64,000 bases of DNA from Labilithrix sp. (GCA_044226145.1 JBGAHN010000003.1:22536-86535), one strand, 5' to 3'. Positions 46,184-55,777 are shown, counted from the first letter of the stretch. Program-made: numbers and translations. Notes: generated by a model not told the origin, from the sequence alone.

Positions 46184-47725
46184 ATGCTCTTCGCCAGCCC
46201 GATCTACGGCGTCTTCCTGGTCTTCACGTACACCGTGTTCTGGGCGCTCCGACGACGTTCGCTGCTCCGGCCGCTCTTTTTGATGCTGGCGAGCTACGTC
46301 TTCTACTTCGTCGGCACCTACGACGCCGCGCTCGAGCAGGACGTGCCGCTCGGTCCGCTCGGCTGGACGATCCTCTGCGTCGCCATCATCTTCGTCGGCA
46401 GCTCGCTCGACTACGCCATCGGCCGCATGCTCGGGCGCACCGAGAACCCGACGACGCGCAAGATGCTCTTGCTCGTCTCGGTCGTCTACTACCTGGGCGT
46501 CCTCTCCATCTTCAAGTACTTCAACTTCTTCGCCGACTCCGTCGCCGACATCGCGCGTGGGTTCGGCGTCCAGCTCTCGCCGATCCACCTGCGCCTCGTC
46601 CTGCCGTTCGGCATCTCGTTCTTCACGTTCGAGACGATGAGCTACACGATCGACGTCTACCGCCGCGAGATCCCGCCCGCGGACCGCTACCTCGACTACC
46701 TCCTCTTCGTCTGCTTCTTCCCGCACCTCGTGGCCGGTCCCATCGTGCGCCCGAAGACGATGCTCCCGCAGCTCGCCGCCGAGCCGGTCGCGACGGACGC
46801 CATGAAGGCCCAAGGCCTCTTCCTCATCGCCACGGGCTTGATGAAGAAGATCATCGTCGGCGACACGCTCGGCCTGAACCTCGTCAACCGCGTCTTCGAC
46901 AACCCCGAGCGTTTCTCGTCGCTCGAAGTCCTCGTCGCCGTCTACGCCTACGCCATCAAGATCTACGCGGATTTTTCGGGCTACACGGACGTCGCCATCG
47001 GGAGCGCGAAGCTCTTCGGCTACGACCTCCCGAAGAACTTCGACGTGCCGTACACGTCGGCGAGCCTGCAAGAGTTCTGGCGCCGCTGGCACATCTCGCT
47101 GTCGACCTGGCTCCGCGACTACCTCTACATCTCGCTCGGCGGCAACCGCGGCAGCACGTGGAAGACGTACCGCAACTTGATGCTCACGATGGTGCTCGGC
47201 GGCCTCTGGCACGGCGCCTCGTGGAACTTCGTCATCTGGGGCACGCTCCACGGCGGCGCACTGGCGGTCGAGCGCGCGTGGCAACGCCGCCCCTGGCGGT
47301 CCGCGCAAACCGCGAAGGCGGTCGCGAAGACCGGAAGGGACGGCGCGGAAGACGCGGCCGGCTCCTCGTCGAACACCTCGGGCCGTAGCCCACTCGTTCA
47401 CGTCCTCGCCGTCGTCGCGACGTTCCACTTCGTGTGCTTCGCGTGGATCTTCTTCCGCGCGCCGACGTTCGCGCACGCGACGCTCATGCTCTCGCGCATG
47501 GGCAAGCTCACCTTCGACGCACCGAACCTCGCGCCGCGCGTCCTCGCCGTCCTCGCGGCCGCGTTCGCCCTGCATTTCCTGCCGCGCGGTTGGTTCGAGC
47601 GCGCACGCGACGGCTTCGCGCGGAGCCCTGCGTGGGTCCAAGGCACCGCCCTCGCCGCGAGCGCCTACGCGATCCATTTCGCCGCGGGCGCGAAGGTCGA
47701 GCCCTTCATCTACGGCCAATTCTGA
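46184..47725 (+). CDS. MBOAT family O-acyltransferase (PatA/AlgI/DltB-like)
   Basis: LPFGISFFTFETMSY, FFPHLVAGPI, EFWRRWHISLSTWLRDYLYISLGG, GLWHG. Confidence 0.95.
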   Translation: MLFASPIYGVFLVFTYTVFWALRRRSLLRPLFLMLASYVFYFVGTYDAALEQDVPLGPLGWTILCVAIIFVGSSLDYAIGRMLGRTENPTTRKMLLLVSVVYYLGVLSIFKYFNFFADSVADIARGFGVQLSPIHLRLVLPFGISFFTFETMSYTIDVYRREIPPADRYLDYLLFVCFFPHLVAGPIVRPKTMLPQLAAEPVATDAMKAQGLFLIATGLMKKIIVGDTLGLNLVNRVFDNPERFSSLEVLVAVYAYAIKIYADFSGYTDVAIGSAKLFGYDLPKNFDVPYTSASLQEFWRRWHISLSTWLRDYLYISLGGNRGSTWKTYRNLMLTMVLGGLWHGASWNFVIWGTLHGGALAVERAWQRRPWRSAQTAKAVAKTGRDGAEDAAGSSSNTSGRSPLVHVLAVVATFHFVCFAWIFFRAPTFAHATLMLSRMGKLTFDAPNLAPRVLAVLAAAFALHFLPRGWFERARDGFARSPAWVQGTALAASAYAIHFAAGAKVEPFIYGQF

Positions 47726-47740
47726 CGACGGCCGATTCGC

Positions 47741-47794
47741 GGCTCCGTGGCTCCGTGACGCCGCGACTCCGCGGATCCGTGACTCCGCGACGCC
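47741..47794. repeat. Degenerate 8-bp tandem repeat (~7 copies, consensus GRCTCCGY)
   Basis: ggctccgt ggctccgt gacgccgc gactccgc ggatccgt gactccgc gacgcc. Confidence 0.75.
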
Positions 47795-47813
47795 ACAGGG
47801 CTCGAGACAGCGC

Positions 47814-47875
47814 TCGAGTTCGCAGCGCAACGACGCCCCACGGTTCGAGTTCGCAGCGCGACGACGGCGCACGGC
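47814..47875. repeat. Imperfect 31-bp tandem repeat x2
   Basis: tcgagttcgcagcgcaacgacgccccacggt / tcgagttcgcagcgcgacgacggcgcacggc. Confidence 0.8.
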
Positions 47876-48563
47876 TGCGGTGACGGGTCGCGCGCTGTCA
47901 CTACGGATCGCGCGGACGTGCGCCGACGGAGGCATGCACCTACATGGTGGGCGCGATCGGCGTGAGAAAGTGGTCGACCGTCGAGACCGGCTGTAACTTA
48001 CATAAATCAGGAAGCGAATCCGTCACTCCTGAAGACGTGGAGGAACGAACCTACCGATGACCGCAACCCGATCGCGCGAACTCGAGCTCGAGCGTGCTCG
48101 CGTCCGAGCACGGCCGGCGCCGCGGACACGATTCACCCGCGAAGGTGAACGTTTCGCGGTCCGACGAGCCCCGCGTTCCGCGTCTTGCGGAAACACCGAA
48201 TCCGACCGTTCGTGGCGGGACCCGCGAACGGCGCACCTTCGGTCCGTGGTTTGCTACCTCCCCGGAACCTCATCTCGAAGCGCCTCCGCGACGGGCGGCT
48301 TCGAGGTCTCGATCAGGCGCGCATGCGATGCCGGCGGTCTCGGTTCGACCGCCGCAGCCGCGTTGCGCGTCGCGCACGAACGCGGTCTCGACCACGAGCA
48401 CCCGTTCGAAACGGCGCCCTCGGAAATCACGCTCGGCGCGTACGAATCACGTGCTTCTCATCGGCACACGAAGAAGACGTCGACGGGGACGGGTGCCCCG
48501 TCGGCTCGTTGGGGAAAACGGGCACTCCCGGAATCTCCCGGGACGCCCAAAGGGGTAAGGTGG

Positions 48564-48821
48564 ATGACTCCTTTCATCGCGTCGCTCGATTCGCTGTCTC
48601 TCGACGAGGCAGCGGCGTATTTGAAAGCTGCGGAAGACGACGAGCTCGAAGCCGCCTATGCGCTGGCCAGAGACCGCAACCTTCTCGACGGCGGGAACAA
48701 CGAAGACCCGGACGAGGCGGAAGTGCACCACGCCTTGTTCTTGCTGCGCCGCGCACAAGGGCTGAACGCACCGAGCTTCGACTCGATGCGCATCCAGCTC
48801 CGTAGCCGCGTCGCCGCCTAG
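48564..48821 (+). CDS. Small acidic helical hypothetical protein (85 aa)
   Basis: SD-like AAGGTGG; globular-looking sequence MTPFIASLDSLSLDEAAAYLK...LRSRVAA; the in-frame upstream part (48057-48563) looks non-coding. Confidence 0.65.
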   Translation: MTPFIASLDSLSLDEAAAYLKAAEDDELEAAYALARDRNLLDGGNNEDPDEAEVHHALFLLRRAQGLNAPSFDSMRIQLRSRVAA

Positions 48822-48968
48822 GAAGGCTGCACGCACCCGAACGCGGTGCCCCGATGCGGGAGCACCACCGAGCCGCCCGGGTCGGGATTTCCTGGCCCGG
48901 GCGTCGCTCCATCCGGCGTCCAAGGCCACGACGCCGAGCGTCGAAGCGGCGGCCGTTTTCCGAGGCCT

Positions 48969-48997
48969 TTGAAGCTTCGCGGGCGCGATGGTACGAC
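48969..48997 (+). promoter_or_regulatory. Putative sigma70 promoter (TTGAAG-17-TACGAC, extended TG), 10 nt before ATG 49008
   Basis: Spacing and TGn extension; no SD. Confidence 0.35.
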
Positions 48998-49007
48998 GCG
49001 GCCCACG

Positions 49008-51356
49008 ATGAAGATCGTTTGCATCGGCGGAGGTCCGGCGGGGCTCTATTTCGCGCTCTTGTTCAAGAAGGCGCGGCCCGACGCGGACGTCACGGTCATC
49101 GAGCGCAACCCCGAGGGGGTCACGTTCGGTTGGGGCGTCGTGTTCTCGGACGAGACGCTCTCGTACCTCGAGGAGAACGATCCGCCGACGCACGAGGCCA
49201 TCGCGGAGGCGTTCGCGCACTGGACGGCGATCGACATCTTCTACCGCGGTGAGAAGCTGCGCTCGGACGGGCACGGGTTCTCCGGCATCGCGCGGAAGAA
49301 GCTGCTCGAGATCTTGGAGGCGCGCGCGCGCGAGCTCGGCGTGAAACTCGTGTTCGGCGCGAACGTCGACGCGGCGAAGCTCGAGGAGTGGACGGCGGGC
49401 GCCGATCTCGTGGTCGCGTGCGACGGCGTCCGTAGCGGTATCCGCGAGCGGTTCGCGTCGTCGTTCGCGCCGTCGGCCGACGTCCGCAAGGCGCGCTACA
49501 TCTGGCTCGGCACGAAGAAGACGTTCGACGCGTTCACGTTCTACTTCGAAGAGAACGAGCACGGGATGTTCAACGTGCACGCGTACCGGTTCGACCGCGA
49601 CACGAGCACGTTCATCGTCGAGTGCGACGAGGCGACGTTCGAGGCGTCCGGGCTCGGGCAAAAGACGACCGAAGAGAGCATCGCCTACCTCGAGCAGCTC
49701 TTCGCAAAGCACCTCGGCGGGGAGAAGCTCCTCGCGAACAAATCGCAGTGGGTGCAGTTCGTCACGATCAAGTGCGAGCGCTGGCACCACGACAACGTCG
49801 TGCTCCTCGGTGACGCCGCGCACACCGCGCATTTCTCCATCGGCTCGGGCACGAAGATGGCGATGGAGGACTCCATCGCGCTCGTCGCGGCGCTCGACGA
49901 GCACCTGCCCGAGGGAAAAGATCCCGCGCGGGGAGACGTCGCGCGCGCGCTCGCGGCGTACGAGGAGGCGCGGCGGCCGATCGTCGAGCGCACGCAGAAG
50001 GCCGCGCAAGACAGCCTCCTTTGGTTCGAGAACGTCAAGCGCTACCGCGATTTGCCGCCCTCGCAGTTCGCGTTCAGCCTCCTGACGCGCAGCAAGCGCA
50101 TCACGTACGACAACCTGAAGCTCCGCGACGACGCGTTCGTCGAGCGCGTGCGCGTCGAGCACCACGGCCGCGCGGAGACGGCGGGCGCGAAGACGGCAAG
50201 CGCATCGCTCGCCACGCCGCCGATGTTCACGCCGCTGTCACTCCGCGGGCTCACGATCCCGAACCGCGTCGTCGTGTCGCCCATGTGCATGTATTCTGCA
50301 AATGAAGGGCTGCCCAACGACTTCCACTTCGCGCACTACACGGCGCGCGCGATGGGCGGCGCCGGGCTCGTCATGACGGAGATGACGGACGTGTCGCGCG
50401 ATGGCCGCATCTCCCCCGGCTGCACGGGCATCTACGAGCGCGCGCACGTCGACGCGTGGCGGCGCATCGTGGAGTTCGTGCACGCGCGGTCGCACGCGAA
50501 GATCGGCATGCAGCTCGGGCACGCGGGGCGGAAGGGCTCGACGAAGGTCATGTGGGAGGGCAGCGATCGGCCGCTCGAGGCGGGCAATTGGCCGCTCGTG
50601 AGCGCGTCGCCCATCCCGTACTTGCCGGAGAGCCAAGTACCGCGCGAGATGTCGCGGGCCGACATGGACGCGGTGAAGGCCGATTTCGTGCGGAGCGCCC
50701 GGTGGGCCGACGAGGCCGGGTTCGATCTCATCGAGCTGCACATGGCGCACGGGTATTTGCTCGCGAGCTTCCTCTCGCCGCTGACGAACGCGCGGACCGA
50801 CGCGTACGGTGGCTCGCGCGAGGCGCGCATGCGCTACCCGCTCGAGGTCTTCGAGGCCGTGCGCGCGGCGTGGCCGGCGGACAAGCCGATGAGCGTGCGC
50901 GTCTCGGCCACGGATTGGATCGATGGAGGCGTCCAAGACGACGACGTCCTCGCGCTCGCGCGCGCGCTCAAGGCGCTGGGGTGCGACGTGATCGACACGT
51001 CGGCCGGGCTCACGACGCCGGCGTCGCGGCCGAAGTTCTACGGGCGCATGTACCAGGCGTACTGGTCGGACATGATTCGCAACGAGGCGAAGATCCCGAC
51101 CGTCGCCGTCGGCGGCATCGCGAGCGGTGACCACGTCAACACGCTCGTCTTGTCGGGGCGCGCCGATCTGTGTGCGCTCGCGCGGCCGCACCTCGCGAAC
51201 CCGCACTTCACGATGACGACGGCCATCGAGCAGGGCTACCGCGGCGAGGCGGTCGGGTGGCCGTCGCCCTACGGCGTCGTCAAGCCGCCCGTCGCGCCGC
51301 CCGCGTCCGTCGGCACGCCGGTGGGTAGGGCCGCGCCCGCGCGACCGCGCTCGTAG
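49008..51356 (+). CDS. Bifunctional salicylyl-CoA 5-hydroxylase / anthraniloyl-CoA monooxygenase-type protein (FAD monooxygenase + old-yellow-enzyme domain)
   Basis: MKIVCIGGGPAGLYFA, FGWGVVFSD, LLGDAAHTAHFSIGSGTKMAMED; then NRVVVSPMCMYSA, QLGHAGRKGS, ELHMAHGYLLASFLSP. Confidence 0.93.
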   Translation: MKIVCIGGGPAGLYFALLFKKARPDADVTVIERNPEGVTFGWGVVFSDETLSYLEENDPPTHEAIAEAFAHWTAIDIFYRGEKLRSDGHGFSGIARKKLLEILEARARELGVKLVFGANVDAAKLEEWTAGADLVVACDGVRSGIRERFASSFAPSADVRKARYIWLGTKKTFDAFTFYFEENEHGMFNVHAYRFDRDTSTFIVECDEATFEASGLGQKTTEESIAYLEQLFAKHLGGEKLLANKSQWVQFVTIKCERWHHDNVVLLGDAAHTAHFSIGSGTKMAMEDSIALVAALDEHLPEGKDPARGDVARALAAYEEARRPIVERTQKAAQDSLLWFENVKRYRDLPPSQFAFSLLTRSKRITYDNLKLRDDAFVERVRVEHHGRAETAGAKTASASLATPPMFTPLSLRGLTIPNRVVVSPMCMYSANEGLPNDFHFAHYTARAMGGAGLVMTEMTDVSRDGRISPGCTGIYERAHVDAWRRIVEFVHARSHAKIGMQLGHAGRKGSTKVMWEGSDRPLEAGNWPLVSASPIPYLPESQVPREMSRADMDAVKADFVRSARWADEAGFDLIELHMAHGYLLASFLSPLTNARTDAYGGSREARMRYPLEVFEAVRAAWPADKPMSVRVSATDWIDGGVQDDDVLALARALKALGCDVIDTSAGLTTPASRPKFYGRMYQAYWSDMIRNEAKIPTVAVGGIASGDHVNTLVLSGRADLCALARPHLANPHFTMTTAIEQGYRGEAVGWPSPYGVVKPPVAPPASVGTPVGRAAPARPRS

Positions 51357-51916
51357 TCGGCGGCCGCGGCGGTCACGATCTCGAGATCGCGCGAGGCCTT
51401 CTCGCTCTCGGCGAGGAGCTCCGCGGTGAAGACGGTCAGGCCCCAAATGCCGTTGTCGCGACGTCGAAACGGCCATCGCGTCCCGCGCGCGGTCACCACG
51501 CTCGCGCGGTCACCTTCGACGTCGACGGCGACGACGCCGGACAGGTCTTTGCGGAGCCGCTTGGCGAACCCGCGCCGTTCGTAGAGCATCGCGAAGACGT
51601 CGCTGCCGTCGGGCGCGTTCGCGAACGGCTCGTACTGACGCAGGAGCTCCGAACGGCGAGGCTCCGGGTAGCTCGCACGGACCTTCTCGGCGGCCTTCGC
51701 GCGCGCGTCGCGAACCGAATAGCAAGCCCACTGCGCCTCCGTTTCGAGGTAGGCGAAGAACCCACGCGGGTCGCCCGCCGCGACGCTCTTGGCGATGCGC
51801 GCGTAGGCGCCTTCGGGGAGACGATCGCCGGGAAACGGCTTGTAGAGCACCGCCACGCACGCCGCGATGACGACGACGACAGCGACGACGATCATCGTGA
51901 CAGTTCGACGCGACAT
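51269..51916 (-). CDS. Hypothetical N-terminally anchored protein
   Basis: TM MIVVAVVVVIAACVAVLY; coding-like frame; 3' end overlaps the convergent gene by 88 nt. Confidence 0.7.
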   Translation of the reverse strand: MSRRTVTMIVVAVVVVIAACVAVLYKPFPGDRLPEGAYARIAKSVAAGDPRGFFAYLETEAQWACYSVRDARAKAAEKVRASYPEPRRSELLRQYEPFANAPDGSDVFAMLYERRGFAKRLRKDLSGVVAVDVEGDRASVVTARGTRWPFRRRDNGIWGLTVFTAELLAESEKASRDLEIVTAAAADYERGRAGAALPTGVPTDAGGATGGLTTP

Positions 51917-52028
51917 GATGGCGGCTCACGATAGCGCACGTATCGACACGTTGCTCGCCGCATCCATTGCAAAGGAGCGCCGCGACTGCGAACTTTAGGT
52001 GTTTGGCTTTACGCCGGGAGGGCCCCCC

Positions 52029-53204
52029 ATGCTCAAGCGCTTGATCATCGTCACGACCATCGGCACGTGCTTGCTCGCCGCCTGCGGGAGCGACGGCGGA
52101 GACGCCTCGAACGAAGCGAAGAAGACGAAGGACGCCGGGCAAGCCTCGAGCGACGCCGGACAGTCCACGAACGGCGGCGACCCTTCGGGTTTCGGCGACG
52201 ACGGTCGCGACGCCTCGACGAGCGGGGCGCGATCGTGTGCGAACGATCTCGATTGCGGGAGCGGCGGGATCTGCCTCGAGGAGACGAAGACGTGCAGCTG
52301 CGGCGCGGAGCTCGCCAAAGCGGACGTCGTCGCGCCGAACGTCCTCATCGTGCTCGACCGGTCTTGCTCGATGACGGGCACCGTCGCCAAAGCGACGAAG
52401 TGGCAAATCGCCGTCTCGGCGTTGGAGGGCCTCATCAAGAAGAACGACGGCGCGCTGCGCTTCGGGCTCGAGCTCTTCCCGGACAGGGCCGGAGACAGTT
52501 GCTCGCAGGACGCGATGACGTTCGCTCCAGATCCGACGGCAGGCGCGAAGATCGTCGCGCTGCTCCTCGCCGCCTTGGACAAAAAAGACACGTACTACCC
52601 GAACGGACCGTGCGTGACGAACATCTACCGCGCGATCGCGGCGGCGGCCGCGGAGCCGACGCTGCAGGACAAGACACGCGGCAACTACATCGTCCTCCTG
52701 ACGGACGGCCAGCAGGGCGGGTGCGGTGGCGGTGGCGACAAGGAGACCACCGACGCCATCCAGGCCCTGCACTCCAACGCTCAAGTCGACACCTTCGTGC
52801 TCGGCTTCGGCAGCGGCGTGGACACCAAGCAAATGGACATTTGGGCCGACGCGGGCGGGCAACCGCGCAAGGACGCGCCGCACAAGTATTACGACACGAC
52901 GGATCAGGCGAGCCTCGAGAAGGCCCTCGACGAGATCGCCGGAAAGGCTCGCTCGTGCTCGCTCCATCTCTCGTCACCGCCTCCCGGTGGCGATCCGGGG
53001 CTCGTCTACGTGTTCCTCGACAAGGACAAGACGCCGCGGCCGCGCGACACGACTCATGCGGGCCAATGGGACTACGACGCCGCCACGCAAACCGTGACGC
53101 TCTATGGCGCGGAATGCGAAGGGTTCAAGAACGGAACGATCGCGGACGTCAACGTCGTCTTCGGTTGCCCCGGCGGCGCCGCGCCCCAAAACCCCGTCAA
53201 CTGA
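52029..53204 (+). CDS. VWA-domain lipoprotein
   Basis: Lipobox LAAC; Cys-rich motif; MIDAS DRSCS and LLTDG. Confidence 0.85.
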   Translation: MLKRLIIVTTIGTCLLAACGSDGGDASNEAKKTKDAGQASSDAGQSTNGGDPSGFGDDGRDASTSGARSCANDLDCGSGGICLEETKTCSCGAELAKADVVAPNVLIVLDRSCSMTGTVAKATKWQIAVSALEGLIKKNDGALRFGLELFPDRAGDSCSQDAMTFAPDPTAGAKIVALLLAALDKKDTYYPNGPCVTNIYRAIAAAAAEPTLQDKTRGNYIVLLTDGQQGGCGGGGDKETTDAIQALHSNAQVDTFVLGFGSGVDTKQMDIWADAGGQPRKDAPHKYYDTTDQASLEKALDEIAGKARSCSLHLSSPPPGGDPGLVYVFLDKDKTPRPRDTTHAGQWDYDAATQTVTLYGAECEGFKNGTIADVNVVFGCPGGAAPQNPVN

Positions 53205-53277
53205 TCCACGCTCGACGGCGTCGTCGACGAAACGCTGCGACCGTTTGCGACGCGACGCGCGTGCGGCATCGTTCACC

Positions 53278-53306
53278 TTGTCGGATGCGCCGACGGCACT
53301 TACATC
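53278..53306 (+). promoter_or_regulatory. Putative sigma70 promoter (TTGTCG-17-TACATC), 7 nt before egtB ATG
   Basis: Geometry places the start site at the ATG; no SD. Confidence 0.35.
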
Positions 53307-53313
53307 GCTCCAG

Positions 53314-54693
53314 ATGAGCGATGCGGCGAGCCAACCTTCTCGCGTGCTTGCGCGCGTCCTCGAGGCACGGCACCGAACGGTCCAGCTCGCGGAGCCGCTC
53401 TCGCCGGAGGACGCCGTCGCGCAATCGATGCCGGACGCGAGCCCGGCGAAATGGCATCTGGCGCACACGACGTGGTTCTTCGAACGGTTCGTCCTGAGGC
53501 CGCTCGGCGTCGCGCCGATCGACGAGCGCTACGACTACTTGTTCAACTCCTACTACGACGCGGTGGGCGCGCGGCATCCGCGATCGCAGCGGGGGCTGTT
53601 GACGCGTCCGTCGCTCGACGAAGTGCTCGCGTACCGTCGCGCGATCGACGGGAAGCTATCCGAGCTGCCTGAGGCGCGCCTGGCGAGTGTGGCGGCGATG
53701 CTCGAGCTCGGCGCGAACCACGAAGAGCAGCACCAAGAGCTGCTCTTGACGGACATCAAGCACCTGTTCGGCTCGAACCCGACGTTTCCGGTCTACGTCA
53801 CGCGCCGCGACGCCCCCGCGCGCCGCGAGGGAAGGTCGCGCGCGCCACGATGGCGCACGTTCGATGGCGGCCTCGTCGAGGTGGGTCACGACGGCGAGGG
53901 CTTTGCATTCGACAACGAGGGCCCGCGGCATCGCGTGCACCTTGCACCTTTCTCGATCCGATCGACGCTCGTGACCACCGCCGAATACCTCGAATTCATC
54001 CGCGACGGAGGGTACGACCGCCCCGAGCTCTGGCTCGCGGACGGGTTCTCGTGGGCGCGCGCATCGCATCGACGCGCGCCGATGCATTGGATCGACGGAG
54101 GGGATGCTCGGCGCGACGAAGGCACGCAACTGCCGCACCTCTTCACGCTGCACGGCGCGGGCGTGGCCCGACCGGACGATCCCGTCTGCCATGTCAGCTA
54201 CTACGAGGCCGACGCGTTCGCGCGGTGGGCAGGCGCGCGCTTGCCGACGGAGGCCGAATGGGAGGTCGCCGCGCGCGACGTCGCGGCGCGCCGAGGTGCA
54301 AGCGACATCGCCGAACGCCACGGAGCGCGCGACGTCTCTGCGCGCCGCGGTGCGCACGTCGGTCACTTCCTGGACGACGGCGACTTGCATCCGCGGGCGC
54401 CCGACCGCTCCCGCGAGCGCTCCCTCGACGCGGACGGCGAAGAATCATGCATTCTGCAAATGTTCGGCGACGCCTGGGAATGGACCTCGAGCGCGTACGC
54501 GCCGTACCCGGGGTTCCGACCGGCCGAAGGCGCCGTCGGTGAGTACAACGGCAAGTTCATGGTGAACCAGTTCGTGCTGCGGGGGGGATCGTGCGTCACC
54601 CCGCGTGGGCACGTGCGCGCGACGTACCGCAATTTCTTTCCGCCGCACGCTTCGTGGCAGTTCACGGGGATCCGGCTCGCGAGGTCCGAATGA
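53314..54693 (+). CDS. egtB: Ergothioneine biosynthesis sulfoxide synthase
   Basis: QSMPDASPAKWHLAHTTWFFE, YLFNSYY, NHEEQHQELLLTD, FGE-like domain, GEYNGKFM. Confidence 0.95.
   Translation: MSDAASQPSRVLARVLEARHRTVQLAEPLSPEDAVAQSMPDASPAKWHLAHTTWFFERFVLRPLGVAPIDERYDYLFNSYYDAVGARHPRSQRGLLTRPSLDEVLAYRRAIDGKLSELPEARLASVAAMLELGANHEEQHQELLLTDIKHLFGSNPTFPVYVTRRDAPARREGRSRAPRWRTFDGGLVEVGHDGEGFAFDNEGPRHRVHLAPFSIRSTLVTTAEYLEFIRDGGYDRPELWLADGFSWARASHRRAPMHWIDGGDARRDEGTQLPHLFTLHGAGVARPDDPVCHVSYYEADAFARWAGARLPTEAEWEVAARDVAARRGASDIAERHGARDVSARRGAHVGHFLDDGDLHPRAPDRSRERSLDADGEESCILQMFGDAWEWTSSAYAPYPGFRPAEGAVGEYNGKFMVNQFVLRGGSCVTPRGHVRATYRNFFPPHASWQFTGIRLARSE
54271..54351 (+). repeat. Degenerate 27-nt tandem repeat x3 in egtB
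   Basis: Encodes ARDVAARRG / ASDIAERHG / ARDVSARRG. Confidence 0.75.
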
Positions 54694-55694
54694 CGTTCGC
54701 CCACGGCACGCTCGACATCGTCGTGAAAGATCGCACGAGCGACCGCGAGCGCTTCCGACGCGACGTGCTCGAGGGGCTGTCGCGCACGCCGAAGGTCTTG
54801 CCGCCGAAATGGTTCTACGATCGCGAAGGGTCGCGCCTCTTCGACGAAATCTGCGAGCTGCCCGAGTACTACGTGACGCGCGCGGAGCTCTCGATCCTCG
54901 CGCGCGACGCGGACGCGATCGTCGAGCGTTGGGGAGACCACGTACGCATCGTCGAGCCGGGCGCCGGGAGCTGCACGAAGACGCGCCACCTGCTCGCCGC
55001 GCTCGGCGCCCGTCGTTGCGCCAGCTACGTCCCCGTCGACATCTCGCGCGATCACCTCGTCGAGACGGCGGCGCGCGTGCGAAGGGAGCTGCCCTGGCTC
55101 GACGTCGAGCCCGTCGCCCTCGATTTCGTCGCCGACGCGCTCCCGTCGGACGGCTCTCCAGGGCGCACCGTCGTCTATTTTCCGGGCTCGACGCTCGGGA
55201 ACTTCGAGCCGCGCGAGGCCGAAGACCTGCTCCGCCGCTTTCGGCGCGCGACGGGTCCCGATGGCATCGTCGTCCTCGGGATCGACCTGAGGAAGGATCC
55301 GGCCGCGCTCCACGCCGCCTACAACGACGCGCGCGGCGTCACGGCGGCGTTCAACAAGAACGTGCTCGCGCGGATGAACCACGAGCTCGGCGGTGACGTC
55401 GATCCGTCGAGCTTCTGGCACTACGCGTTCTATGCGCCGCGGGAGAGCCGGGTGGAGATGCATCTCGTCAGCCAGAGGGTGCAGACGGTTCGCGTCGCAG
55501 GCGCTCGGTTCCGGTTCGACGATGGGGAGTCGATCCGCACCGAATGCTCGCAGAAATACGACCTCGCGTCGGCCGATCGGCTGGCCCGGCTAGCCGGGCT
55601 CCGACGCACCGCGACCTGGACGGACGAAGAACGGCGCTTCGCGATCCTGGAGTTGAGACCGGACGAAGGCCGCGTTCACGACAAGGGTGATTGA
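54690..55694 (+). CDS. egtD: L-histidine N-alpha-methyltransferase
   Basis: ATGA overlap; KVLPPKWFYDREGSRLFDEICELPEYYVTRAE, PGSTLGNF, AYND, RTECSQKY. Confidence 0.95.
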   Translation: MTFAHGTLDIVVKDRTSDRERFRRDVLEGLSRTPKVLPPKWFYDREGSRLFDEICELPEYYVTRAELSILARDADAIVERWGDHVRIVEPGAGSCTKTRHLLAALGARRCASYVPVDISRDHLVETAARVRRELPWLDVEPVALDFVADALPSDGSPGRTVVYFPGSTLGNFEPREAEDLLRRFRRATGPDGIVVLGIDLRKDPAALHAAYNDARGVTAAFNKNVLARMNHELGGDVDPSSFWHYAFYAPRESRVEMHLVSQRVQTVRVAGARFRFDDGESIRTECSQKYDLASADRLARLAGLRRTATWTDEERRFAILELRPDEGRVHDKGD

Positions 55695-55777
55695 CGAACC
55701 GCGCCGTCGTGGACGTGTCATTTGTCGGTGAGGGCCCCACGACCCCACGAAGCGGCGCTACGATGGGCCGTCCGACG

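Noticed and set aside
47741-47875. Repeats considered as a mini CRISPR array
   Set aside because: Units are directly adjacent with no unique spacers, and no cas genes are present
48248-48271. Minus-strand AGGTTCCGGGGAGGTAGCA resembling SRP RNA helix 8, with adjacent GCAAACC resembling a c-di-GMP-I riboswitch
   Set aside because: No properly paired GNRA hairpin for SRP, and the downstream GACGCAAA element is missing
48342-48358. GGTTCGA T-loop-like motifs (also at 33446 and 47842) suggesting tRNA or tmRNA
   Set aside because: No paired T-stem, acceptor stem or D-arm
48057-48563. N-terminal 169 codons of the 254-aa ORF as real coding sequence
   Set aside because: Atypical codon pattern and non-globular sequence; an internal ATG with an SD at 48564 is more plausible, though the longer form is not fully excluded
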